Source of the DNA: Thermoanaerobaculia bacterium
GTDB taxonomy: Bacteria; Acidobacteriota; Thermoanaerobaculia; Multivoradales; Multivoraceae
Direction of reading: 5' to 3'
NCBI GenBank assembly: GCA_963666565.1
Contig: OY762911.1
Coordinates: forward strand, 2,016,001 to 2,080,000
Length of the DNA: 64,000 nucleotides
Positions 1 through 9,023 of the stretch are shown piece after piece (the stretch's first letter is position 1; every line of letters begins with the position of its first letter). A program made the translations under genes and the position numbers. The notes below the pieces were generated by a model. The model did not search any database, was not told the DNA's origin, and saw only the letters and a list, made by a program, of their open reading frames with translations.

Positions 1-1525
1 GGACGGGCGCCGCGTCAGGATGCTGATCAGCGTCACGCCGACCCTCTCGGCGTCGGGCGAGACCCGGTCGATCGTGGTCGCGATGCAGGACCTCGCGCCG
101 CTCGACGAACTGGAGCGTCTGCGCGCGGAGTTCCTGGGCACGGTGAGCCACGAGCTGCGGACGCCGCTGGCGGCGATCAAGGGCTCGGCCGCCACGGTGT
201 TGAAGGCGCCCCGTTCCTACGACACGACCGAGGTGGTCCAGTTCTTCCGCATCGTCGACCAGGAAGCCGACCGCATGGACGAACTCATCGGCGATCTGCT
301 GGACGTGGGGCGCATCGAGGCGGGCACGCTGTCGGTAGCCGCCACGCCGACGGATGTCGGCGCGCTCCTGGAAGAGGCCCGCAAGACCTGCCTCGGCGGC
401 GGCGGCCGGCACCCGATCCTGATCGACCTGCCGGCGGGCCTGCCGCGGGCGGCGGCGGACGAGCGCCGCATCCAGCAGGTGCTGAACAACCTGGTGGACA
501 ACGCCGCGAGGCACTCCCCGGCGTCGGCGCCCATCCGGCTGGCGGCGTCGAACGGCGACGGGTTCCTGGAGATCTCGGTCACGGACGGCGGAGACGGCGT
601 GCCGGAAGACGCGATGCCGCACCTGTTCCGCAAGCACTCCGGTGCCGGCGGCAACCCTCGCGGGGCCGGCCTGGGGCTGGCGATCTGCCGGGGACTGGTG
701 GAAGCGCACGGCGGGCGCATCCGGGCGGAGAGCGGCGGGCAGGACTTCGGCACGCGCTTCACGTTCACGCTGCCGGTGGCGGACGCCGCCGGCGAAGGCG
801 CCGGCGGTCCCGCTCGGCAGGCGCCCGCTCCTCCCAGGTCCCCGTCCGGGCAGGCGACCATCCTGGTGGTGGACGACGACCCGCGGACCACGCGCTACGT
901 GCGCGACTCGCTGGCCGACGCGGACTACGTGCCCGTGGTCACGGGCGACCCCGGAGAGGTCGCGGACCTGCTCGATACGAGGAACCCCGATCTGGTGCTC
1001 ATGGATCTGGTGCTGCCCGATGTGGACGGGATCGAACTGCTGCACAGCCTTCCGGGTCTTGCCGAGCGACCGGTCATCTTCATCTCCGCCTACGGGCGCG
1101 ACGAGACGATCGCCAGGGCGCTTGAGGCCGGCGCCCGCGACTACATCGTCAAGCCGTTCTCGCCCACCGAGTTGACGGCGAGGGTGCGGGCGGCGTTGCG
1201 CGGGCGGGTCACGGCGGGCCCGTTCGTGCTCGGCGACCTGGCCATCGACTACGAGCGGCGCCGGGTCACGATCGCCGGAGAACGGATCAAGCTGACGGCG
1301 ACCGAGTACGACCTGCTGCGGGTCCTCTCCCTGCACGAGGACCGGGTGTTGACCTTCGACGCCCTGCTGCGCGCCGTGTGGCAGAGCAGCGACGGCGACC
1401 CGAACCTGGTGAGGACGTTCGTCAAGAAGCTCCGGCGAAAGCTCGGCGACCCGGCGGGGGCGCCGAAGTACGTCGTCAACGAGCGCGGGGTCGGCTACCG
1501 CATGGCCGGCCCGAACCGGCCGTAG
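1..1525 (+). CDS. Hybrid sensor histidine kinase-receiver-OmpR-type winged-helix protein (5' partial)
   Basis: The frame is open to the window edge (DGRRVRMLISVTP, PAC-like). It has an H-box (VSHELRTPL), N/G boxes (LNNLVDNA, DGGDG, GAGLGLAIC), a REC domain (LVVDDD...LMDLVLP...KPF) and a Trans_reg_C domain (LTATEYDLL...KLRRKL...RGVGYR). Confidence 0.9.
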   Translation, partial: DGRRVRMLISVTPTLSASGETRSIVVAMQDLAPLDELERLRAEFLGTVSHELRTPLAAIKGSAATVLKAPRSYDTTEVVQFFRIVDQEADRMDELIGDLLDVGRIEAGTLSVAATPTDVGALLEEARKTCLGGGGRHPILIDLPAGLPRAAADERRIQQVLNNLVDNAARHSPASAPIRLAASNGDGFLEISVTDGGDGVPEDAMPHLFRKHSGAGGNPRGAGLGLAICRGLVEAHGGRIRAESGGQDFGTRFTFTLPVADAAGEGAGGPARQAPAPPRSPSGQATILVVDDDPRTTRYVRDSLADADYVPVVTGDPGEVADLLDTRNPDLVLMDLVLPDVDGIELLHSLPGLAERPVIFISAYGRDETIARALEAGARDYIVKPFSPTELTARVRAALRGRVTAGPFVLGDLAIDYERRRVTIAGERIKLTATEYDLLRVLSLHEDRVLTFDALLRAVWQSSDGDPNLVRTFVKKLRRKLGDPAGAPKYVVNERGVGYRMAGPNRP

Positions 1526-1535
1526 GTCCGGGCCT

Positions 1536-3779
1536 CTACCGCTCGTAACGGTCGATCGCGCTGCCGGCGATTCCGGCGCGCACGATGCCGAAAAGCTCGC
1601 CGCGCCAGCCCCGTCCCTTGGAGATCTCCGTCGAGACGACCACGACGACCAGGTCCTCGGCGGGCGCCACGTAGATGTACTGGCCGCCGTAGCCGCTGGC
1701 GATGTAGGCGCCGCGTTCCCGCGGTCCGCGGAGCCACCACAGATAGCCGTAGCCGCCGTAGATCCGGCCGCGTCCGCGCGGTCCGGCGAGGCCGGGCCGG
1801 GTCGACTCGTCTATCCACTGCCAGGGCACGAGCTGCCGGCCGTCCCAGCGCCCGCGGTTCAGGTAGAGCTGGCCGAACTTCAGCATGTCCCGCGGCAGCA
1901 GGCTCAGGTTGTTGCCGCCGACGTGGATGCCCTGCCGGTCGCGGGCCCAGGCCGAACGCTCGATGCCGAGCGGCTCGAACAGGCGCCGCCGGGCGAAGTC
2001 GTGGGTGCTGCTTCCGGCGGCCCGGGAGATCGTCGCCGAGAGCAGGTGCGTGCCGCCGGTGCTGTACGAGAAGCGCGTGCCCGGCTCGGCCTGGAGCGGC
2101 TTCGCCAGCGCCGCGCGAACCCAGTTCCGGGACGCCACCCAGGAACCGTAGGCGCCGAAGCTGGTCGATTCGAGGCCGGAGTTCATCGTCAGCAGATGGC
2201 GCACGGTGATGGCCCGCTTTCGCGGGTCGTCGAGACCGGCGGCTTCGGGGAGCAGGTCGGCGATCGGCTGGTCGAGTTGGAGGAGGCCCTCTTCGATGGC
2301 CAGTCCGGCCAGCGCCGAGAGGACGCTCTTCGAGGCCGACTTGATGTTGTGCGGACGCTGGCCGGAGGCGCCGCGAAAGTAGCGCTCGGCGACCAGCCGG
2401 CCCCGGCGCGCCGCCAGAACGCCGAGAACGCCTTCGAGTTCGCCGATACGTTCGACCGCGAGTGCGAGCCGGTCCGCGTCGAGGCCCGCGTCGGCGGCCG
2501 GGACCGCCAGCCAGTCGCCCGGCCAGTCGTCGTCGGGGGGAGCGACCGGCAGCTGGAACTCCGCGAGGATGCCGGAGTGGTCGGAGATCGGGGCGGCGAC
2601 CGGGCCCGGCTCGGCCGGCGAACCGCTCGCCGGCCGGTCCGGGCCGATGGGCCCGGTCCATTCCGTCCACAGCGGCCGCCAGCCGGATCCGGCGGCGTCC
2701 AGCAGTACGTGGTCGATGCCGCCGGGCAGCAGATCGCGATAGCCGGCCTCGTGGAAGCGGAGGAGCGCGGGGTGGTCGCTGTCGAGGTTCAGGTCGCCGG
2801 CGATCAACGCCGGCCGGCGCTCCCGGGAGGCGAGCCGGTCCAGGAGGTTGCCGGCCTGGGCGGCGGCGAGTTCCGGATCGCCATTGGCCAGGTGAGCGCC
2901 GGCGACGTCGAAGGCCAGCGCCGGGCGTTCGACGCGGGCGGCGAGGGCGATGCGCCGCTCGAAGCGGTCGCGATCGGGCGGCAGGGGCCAGGTCTCCGCG
3001 CCCGCGATGGGGAAACGGCTGAGGATCGCCGCCCCTTCCTCGAACCCGAGCCAGCGGAGCGAGCCGTTGGCGCGGGCGTAGACGGCGTGGAGACCGAGGC
3101 CGCCGGCCAGCCGGTCGGCGAGGCAGCCTTCGGTCGCCGTGCACCATGCCTCCTGAAGCACGACGACGTCCGGGCGCAGCCGCGAGATCTCGCTCGCCAG
3201 CCGGTCGGCGCGCTCGATCCGGTCGGAGGCGCCGGCCGGCGGCAGCAGCCGGCCTTCGGGGTCGGGATAGCCGTGCCAGGCGTTCAGTTGCAGCACCCGA
3301 AGCCGGTCGGGGCGGGGCACCACGACCGGAGTCGCGGGCGATCCCCCGCTGGCCGTTGGAGTCGCCTCGGCTGGACGACGGCCCCTCTCGCTGGCCGTTG
3401 GAGTGGCCTCGGCCGGACGAGGGCCCGCGGCAGTCATCGAGCCGGTTTCGGACGCCGCCTCGGCGCCGCCCGCGGCTCGCGGCTCGGCTGGTTGTTGCCG
3501 GGCCAGGAGCGCGACGAACGCGGGCGCCGATGCCGCCGCCAGCAGGCCGAGCGCGAGCGTCGCGGCTCGAACGGCCGGGCGTCCCCGGCGGGCCAGGGCC
3601 GCCGCCGCGACGGCCGCCGCTCCGCCCGCGGCCGCCGTGCCCAGCAGGAGCCGGGCCGCGCCGGGTTGAACGACGACGAACAGGCCCGCGACCCAGGGCA
3701 GCGCCCCCGCCGCGGCGGCGGCAAGCCCGGCGATGACCGCCAGGGCGTTGGCCGCCGGCGATGGGCGCGGGCTCGTCAC
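1536..3779 (-). CDS. Membrane-anchored fusion of an EEP (endonuclease/exonuclease/phosphatase) domain and an AmpC-type serine hydrolase
   Basis: N-terminal TM helices. EEP motifs LNAW, LQE, GDLN, IDH and SDH. C-terminal beta-lactamase-fold motifs SASK (SxxK), HLLTMNSG, FSYST and GYGGQ. Confidence 0.8.
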   Translation of the reverse strand: MTSPRPSPAANALAVIAGLAAAAAGALPWVAGLFVVVQPGAARLLLGTAAAGGAAAVAAAALARRGRPAVRAATLALGLLAAASAPAFVALLARQQPAEPRAAGGAEAASETGSMTAAGPRPAEATPTASERGRRPAEATPTASGGSPATPVVVPRPDRLRVLQLNAWHGYPDPEGRLLPPAGASDRIERADRLASEISRLRPDVVVLQEAWCTATEGCLADRLAGGLGLHAVYARANGSLRWLGFEEGAAILSRFPIAGAETWPLPPDRDRFERRIALAARVERPALAFDVAGAHLANGDPELAAAQAGNLLDRLASRERRPALIAGDLNLDSDHPALLRFHEAGYRDLLPGGIDHVLLDAAGSGWRPLWTEWTGPIGPDRPASGSPAEPGPVAAPISDHSGILAEFQLPVAPPDDDWPGDWLAVPAADAGLDADRLALAVERIGELEGVLGVLAARRGRLVAERYFRGASGQRPHNIKSASKSVLSALAGLAIEEGLLQLDQPIADLLPEAAGLDDPRKRAITVRHLLTMNSGLESTSFGAYGSWVASRNWVRAALAKPLQAEPGTRFSYSTGGTHLLSATISRAAGSSTHDFARRRLFEPLGIERSAWARDRQGIHVGGNNLSLLPRDMLKFGQLYLNRGRWDGRQLVPWQWIDESTRPGLAGPRGRGRIYGGYGYLWWLRGPRERGAYIASGYGGQYIYVAPAEDLVVVVVSTEISKGRGWRGELFGIVRAGIAGSAIDRYER
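3347..3426. repeat. 42-bp tandem duplication in the linker of the fusion gene
   Basis: cgctggccgttggagt(c/g)gcctcggc(t/c)ggacga occurs twice and encodes RPAEATPTAS x2. Confidence 0.85.
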
Positions 3780-3923
3780 GACGGCCGGAGACTATGCGCG
3801 ATCCACGTCGACGAACGTCGAGGCGGAAAGCGAGTGCTACGCTAGGGACCGAGACCGACGAACAAGACTTGCGGCTTTGCCGCGGAAAGGAGGTCCGGAA
3901 TGGGTTGTCGAGAGATCCGCCGG

Positions 3924-4445
3924 ATGAACCAGGCCACCCTCGTCTTCTGTTCGGTACTGGCCCTCGCCGTCGGCTGCGCGGCGCCTCCTGAGGAGGCGGC
4001 TCCGGAAGTCGATCCACGGGCCGAGAACGAAACGGCGCTCAACGAGTTGATCGCCAAGTACCTCCAGGCGGTGAACCGTGGCGACGCGGATGGCCTTGCC
4101 GTCCTGTACACCGAGGATGCCATCCGCATCAACGCGAACAGCGTTCCGATCGAAGGGCGAGACGACATTCGGCTGTTCGCGGCCGCCGACTACGTCGACA
4201 ACGACTGGGAGATTCAACTCCAGATCGAGGAAAGCGACTACAGCGGCGATCTGGCGTTCGTGCGCGGCACCTACGCCGTCACGCTGACGTCGAAGGAGGA
4301 CCCGTCCGTCGTCTACGAGGAAGTCGGGAAGTGGATGGACCTGATGCGTCGCGGCGAGGACGGTTCGTGGCTGATCGCGCGGGAGATCTCGAACCGCGAC
4401 CACCCGCAGGGCGAGGCGCCCCAGGCGCCGGTGGAGGAGGGCTGA
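3924..4445 (+). CDS. SnoaL/NTF2-like (DUF4440/YybH) lipoprotein
   Basis: Lipobox LAVGC; GDADGLAVLYTEDA...SGDLAFVRGTY...GKW...DGSW pattern. Confidence 0.8.
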   Translation: MNQATLVFCSVLALAVGCAAPPEEAAPEVDPRAENETALNELIAKYLQAVNRGDADGLAVLYTEDAIRINANSVPIEGRDDIRLFAAADYVDNDWEIQLQIEESDYSGDLAFVRGTYAVTLTSKEDPSVVYEEVGKWMDLMRRGEDGSWLIAREISNRDHPQGEAPQAPVEEG

Positions 4446-4966
4446 TGATGAAGAGCACGATCGGATGGCAGCCGCGTTCCGGGATCATGGTTCTGGCCGT
4501 TCTCCTTGCGGGCTTCCTGGCCGTCGGCTGCCCGCCAGTCGAGGAGGAGGTCGTAGAGAATCCGAACGCAGTCGAGCCGAGCATCGGCGACGAGAGCGCC
4601 CTGAACGCCCTCATTGCCGACTACATGGTCGCCATGAACGGCGGCGACGCCGACGGACTGGCGGCCTCGTACGCGGCGGACGCGGTACGCATGCCGCCGG
4701 ACGCAGTGCCGATCAGCGGCCGGGAGTCGATCCGGCGGAACATGGCGCAGACGTTCGAGGCGTCGGACCTCGCCGTGCAGATGCAGGTCATCGAGACCGA
4801 GTTCAGCGGCGAGCTGGCCTACGTTCGCGGCAGCTTCCTGCTGACGGTGACGCCGAAGGACGGCTCGCCGGCGACGGAGTCCGAGGGGAACTGGATGCGG
4901 CTGATGCGGCGCGAGCCGGATGGCCAGTGGCTTGTGGCCTACTCGCTCTGGAACTTCCGGTCCTAG
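4445..4966 (+). CDS. SnoaL/NTF2-like (DUF4440/YybH) lipoprotein, tandem paralogue
   Basis: TGATG coupling to the previous gene; LAVGC lipobox; GDADGLAASYAADA...SGELAYVRG...DGQW. Confidence 0.8.
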   Translation: MMKSTIGWQPRSGIMVLAVLLAGFLAVGCPPVEEEVVENPNAVEPSIGDESALNALIADYMVAMNGGDADGLAASYAADAVRMPPDAVPISGRESIRRNMAQTFEASDLAVQMQVIETEFSGELAYVRGSFLLTVTPKDGSPATESEGNWMRLMRREPDGQWLVAYSLWNFRS

Positions 4967-5023
4967 GTCGCCTGCGCCGCCAAACGGTGCGGCGCGGCGG
5001 GGTATGCTCCGTCGCCGCGCCTC

Positions 5024-6070
5024 ATGCCTGAAACAGCTTCGCAGTCCCTCACCTTCATGGGCGCCCCCGGGTCGCCCTACACGCGGAAGATGCGCGCGCT
5101 GCTGCGCTACCGGCGGATCCCGTACCGCTTCCTCATCGCGGGCGCCGGCGGCCGCGACGACCTGCCGGCCGCCAAGGTCCGGCTGCTGCCAACGTTCTAC
5201 CTGCCGAACGCCGACGGCGAAGTGGAGGCGGTCGTCGATTCGACGCCGCTCATCCGGCGCTTCGAACGGGAGTTCGAGGGACGGTCGGTCGTTCCGCCGG
5301 ACCCGGTGACGGCGTTCATCGACTACCTGCTCGAGGACTTCGGCGACGAGTGGCTGACCAAGGCGATGTTCCACTATCGCTGGGCCTACGAGGCCGACAT
5401 CCGGAAGGCCGGCCGGATCCTGCCCCGCTGGCGGCGGGTCGAAGGTCCCGAGGAGCAGTTCCAGCAGGCGGCCAGGACGGTCTCCGAGCGCCAGATCTCG
5501 CGGCTCTGGGTCGTCGGCTCGAACGAGACGACGGGCCCGGTGATCGAGGCCAGCTACCGGCGCATCCTGGAGCTGTTCCGGGACCACCTGACGGAGCGGC
5601 AGTTTCTGATGGGCGATCGCCCCGGCGCCTCCGACTTCGCGTTCTTCGGCCAGTTGACCCAGCTCGCGGCCTTCGATCCGACGCCGATGGCGTTGACGCT
5701 CGAGGTCGCGCCCCGGGTCTACGCCTGGGTCGACCGCGTCGAGGATCTGTCCGGCCTGGAACCGACGGAAGACGACTGGATCGGCCGCGAGCTGTCCGGG
5801 ACCCTGCGGGCGCTGCTCGGCGAGGTCGGCCGGGTCTATGCGCCGTTCCTGCTGGCGAACGGGAAGGCGCTCATGGCAGGCGCCGAGCGCGTGGAATGCG
5901 AGATCGACGGCCAGCCCTGGGTGCAGAAGCCGTTCCCGTACCAGGGCAAGTGCCTGATGTGGCTGCGGGAGCGGTACGGGGAGTTGTCGGCCGGCGACCG
6001 CTCGGCGGTGGACGGACTGCTGGCCGGCACCGGCTGCGAGCCGCTGTTCGAGGGCGAGGCAGAGTCGTAG
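5024..6070 (+). CDS. Glutathione S-transferase family protein
   Basis: GSPYTRKMR N-terminus, DSTPLI, and FLMGDRPGASDFAFFGQL N-capping box. Confidence 0.8.
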   Translation: MPETASQSLTFMGAPGSPYTRKMRALLRYRRIPYRFLIAGAGGRDDLPAAKVRLLPTFYLPNADGEVEAVVDSTPLIRRFEREFEGRSVVPPDPVTAFIDYLLEDFGDEWLTKAMFHYRWAYEADIRKAGRILPRWRRVEGPEEQFQQAARTVSERQISRLWVVGSNETTGPVIEASYRRILELFRDHLTERQFLMGDRPGASDFAFFGQLTQLAAFDPTPMALTLEVAPRVYAWVDRVEDLSGLEPTEDDWIGRELSGTLRALLGEVGRVYAPFLLANGKALMAGAERVECEIDGQPWVQKPFPYQGKCLMWLRERYGELSAGDRSAVDGLLAGTGCEPLFEGEAES

Positions 6071-7359
6071 TGCAACCCGGCGGCTCGGGCTGGTTCTCGC
6101 GGGTCAACTGGGGCTTCTACGGCTGGCGGATGCTCCCCGTCGCCTGGCTGATCTACGGCCTGGGCGCGGCCCCCTTCTACAGTTGGGGCTTCTTCCTGCC
6201 GGAGATGCTGGAGGAACTGGAGCTCAACCGGGGCACCGGCGGCCTGGCGTTCACGATCTGGTCCTTCTGCGGCGGCATCGTCGCGCCGTTGATCGGCATC
6301 TGCCTGACGCGGTTCGGTCCGCGTCCCGTGTTCACGGCCGGTTTCCTGGTCGTTTCGGTCGCCTACCTCCTGACCAGCCGGGCCCAGGACCGCTGGGACG
6401 TTCTGCTGTTCTTCGGTCTCTTCGCCGGCCTCACGCACACCTTCTCGACCGTGCTGCCGACGCAGACCCTGGCCACGAACTGGTTTCTGCGCTGGCGGGC
6501 GAGCGCGCTCGCGTTCCTGCTGATCGCCGCGGGCCTGATGGGACCGTTGATCGTGAAGTTCGATGCGGCGCTGCTGAACCGCGGCGGAACCTGGCGCGAC
6601 GGCTGGGAGATCATCGCCGGGCTGTGCGCCGTGCTCGGCGTCCTCTCCTTCCTCGTGCTCCGCAACCGGCCGGAGTCGATGGGCCAGTTGCGGGACGGCG
6701 CCCGTTCGCTCGGCGAGCTTCAGGTCTCGGCGGCCGAAGGCGGCGCGCGGACTACCGAGCAATGGGTGGCCCGGGAAGCGGTGCGGACGCCGCAGTTCGC
6801 GTTGATGGTGGTCTGCGGCCTCGGCTACGCCGTTCCCTGGGGGGTGGTCACGGTCCACGGCCGGCTGCACCTCCAGGACATGGGCTTCGGCGTCGATGCC
6901 GCGGCGGGTCTGATCGGGCTGATGATCCTCCTGAGCACCTTCGGACGGTTGTCGGGCGCGCTTGGCGACAGGATCTCGCCGCCCCGGCTGCTCGGCGTCG
7001 CCCTTGCGATGGAGGGAACGGGAACGGCCTTGTTCCTGTTCGCGGACACGACTTCGGCGGCCCGCGTTGCCCTGATCCTGCTGGGTCTCGGTTTCGGCAT
7101 GGCCTACATCAGTCAGGCCGCCACCTTCGCCCAGTTCTTCGGCCGCCGCGCCTTCGCCACGACGACGGGCGTCCGTTTCGCCATCGGCGCCGCGCCCGGC
7201 GCGGCGATGCCCTGGGTCTCCGGCTGGGTGTTCGACACGCAGGGCAGCTACGCGATTCCCTTCCTGGCCATCGCGGCGGTGTCGCTGGTCGGTTCGGTGG
7301 TCGCGTTCTTCCTCAAGCCGCCGCGGAAGAAGGACGCGGCGCAAGCGGCGCCGGCCTGA
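6070..7359 (+). CDS. MFS transporter (OFA/MCT-like)
   Basis: GTG overlaps the previous stop; FYGW start; about 12 hydrophobic segments; GALGDRI motif; FDTQGSY. Confidence 0.85.
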   Translation: MQPGGSGWFSRVNWGFYGWRMLPVAWLIYGLGAAPFYSWGFFLPEMLEELELNRGTGGLAFTIWSFCGGIVAPLIGICLTRFGPRPVFTAGFLVVSVAYLLTSRAQDRWDVLLFFGLFAGLTHTFSTVLPTQTLATNWFLRWRASALAFLLIAAGLMGPLIVKFDAALLNRGGTWRDGWEIIAGLCAVLGVLSFLVLRNRPESMGQLRDGARSLGELQVSAAEGGARTTEQWVAREAVRTPQFALMVVCGLGYAVPWGVVTVHGRLHLQDMGFGVDAAAGLIGLMILLSTFGRLSGALGDRISPPRLLGVALAMEGTGTALFLFADTTSAARVALILLGLGFGMAYISQAATFAQFFGRRAFATTTGVRFAIGAAPGAAMPWVSGWVFDTQGSYAIPFLAIAAVSLVGSVVAFFLKPPRKKDAAQAAPA

Positions 7360-7393
7360 CGGCCGGCACTGCTGCCGGGAAACCCGCGCCGCG

Positions 7394-8845
7394 TTACGGC
7401 GACCTTGTCCTTATCCCCCGGACGTGGCTTCGCCAGGCGTCGAGAGCCCGCAGCCGTGCCTCCGCGTGGTCGACCATCGGCAGCGGGTACGTCTCGCCGA
7501 GCCGGACGCCGGCTGCGGCGAGGACGCCGTCGGCAGCCAGCCACGGCGCGTGGATCGCGCGATCGGGCAGGCGCCGCAGTTCGGGAATCCACCTTCGCAG
7601 ATAGTCGCCGGAGGCGTCGTAGCGTCGCGACTGGGCGGCCGGATTGAAGATCCGGAAGTACGGCGCGGCGTCGGCGCCGCTGCCCGCGGTCCACTGCCAG
7701 CCGGCGCTGTTGTTCGCCCAGTCCGCGTCGACGAGGGTGTCCCAGAACCACTCCGCGCCGTGCCGCCAGTCGATCAGCAGGTGCTTGGTCAGGAAGGAGG
7801 CGACGAGCATCCGCACCCGGTTGTGCATCCAGCCAGTGGTCCGGAGTTCGCGCATCCCGGCGTCGATGATCGGGTAGCCGGTCTCGGCCCGTTGCCAGCG
7901 GCGGAGATCGCCGGGGGCGCGCCGCCAGGGCATGCGGTCGAACTCCAGCCGGAGGTTGCGGTCGCCCATCTGCGGGTTGTGGGCAAGGAGATGGTGGCTG
8001 AACTCCCGCCAGCCGATCTCGCGCAGGAACGCGTCGCGCCCTGGCCCCGGCGGTAGCGCCGACGCTCCTGCGGCTACCTGGCGGGGGCCGACCTCGCCGA
8101 AGTGCAGGTGCGGCGACAGCCGGCTGGTTGCTTCGACTCCCGGCCGGTCGCGCTCCTGGTCGTACTGTTCGGCCGGGCCGGCGAGGAAGGCCCGGAGGCG
8201 GCGCCGCGCGCCCTCTTCGCCGGGTTGCCAGACCTCGCGGAAGCCCGCCGCCCAGTCCGGCTCGCGGCATCGCAGGTTCCAGCTTTCGAGATCGTCGCCG
8301 GGCGGCCAGACGGCGGGCGAGGCGGGTGGCGGCGGAGCGGGAGCCGGACGGGCGAACGCGTGTTCCAGGCACTTCCGCCAGAACGGCGTGAACACCCGGT
8401 ACGGCAGGCCGCTGCCGGAACGGATGTCCCACGGCTCGAAGAGGAGTCCGGCCTGAAAGGTCCGTGTCTCGAGGCCGGCTTCGGCGCAGCGCTCCTCGAT
8501 CGCGTCGTCGCGCTGAGCGTTCGCCGGTTCGTAGAGCCGGTTCCAGACGATGGCCGAGGCGCCGGTTTCCCCGGCCAGTTCGGCGATTGCCTGGCGGGCT
8601 GATCCGCGGCGAAGGACGAGCCGGCTGCCCTGGCGGCGCAGTGCCCGGTCCAGCGCCTCAAGGCTGCCGTGCAGCCACCACCGCGAAGCGCCTCCGAGCG
8701 GCCTGTGGCCCTCTTCCTCGTCCAGCACGAACGCCGGGATCGCGGGCCGGCCGGCTTCGACGGCCCACGACCAGGCGGGGTTGTCGGCCAGACGGAGATC
8801 GTGCCGGAACCAGACGAGGACGGGCGATTCAGCGGAACGAGGCAT
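7394..8845 (-). CDS. phrB: Deoxyribodipyrimidine photolyase (CPD class I/III)
   Basis: WFRHDLRLADNPA, TSRLSPHLHFGE, WREF, GWMHNRVRM, DADWANN, GADAAPYFRIFNP. Confidence 0.95.
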   Translation of the reverse strand: MPRSAESPVLVWFRHDLRLADNPAWSWAVEAGRPAIPAFVLDEEEGHRPLGGASRWWLHGSLEALDRALRRQGSRLVLRRGSARQAIAELAGETGASAIVWNRLYEPANAQRDDAIEERCAEAGLETRTFQAGLLFEPWDIRSGSGLPYRVFTPFWRKCLEHAFARPAPAPPPPASPAVWPPGDDLESWNLRCREPDWAAGFREVWQPGEEGARRRLRAFLAGPAEQYDQERDRPGVEATSRLSPHLHFGEVGPRQVAAGASALPPGPGRDAFLREIGWREFSHHLLAHNPQMGDRNLRLEFDRMPWRRAPGDLRRWQRAETGYPIIDAGMRELRTTGWMHNRVRMLVASFLTKHLLIDWRHGAEWFWDTLVDADWANNSAGWQWTAGSGADAAPYFRIFNPAAQSRRYDASGDYLRRWIPELRRLPDRAIHAPWLAADGVLAAAGVRLGETYPLPMVDHAEARLRALDAWRSHVRGIRTRSP

Positions 8846-9023
8846 CGGGGCTGACGGTATCTTCCCGGACGGAACCGGGGCGGTCGGCCGCCAGCCAGCC
8901 GGACGAGACGTTGGGTTCCCGCTTCCGCTTGCCGGGCAGGCAGGGAGCGCCGCGGGTCTTCTCCGCAACGCAGTGCCGCACGGGTTGACGGAACAGGCCG
9001 TCGCGTCGCAGAGTGTCAGCGCG

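Noticed and set aside
1536-2460. Bona fide beta-lactam resistance gene
   Set aside because: SxxK is present, but YST replaces YxN and there is no KTG; more like an esterase/amidase of the same fold.
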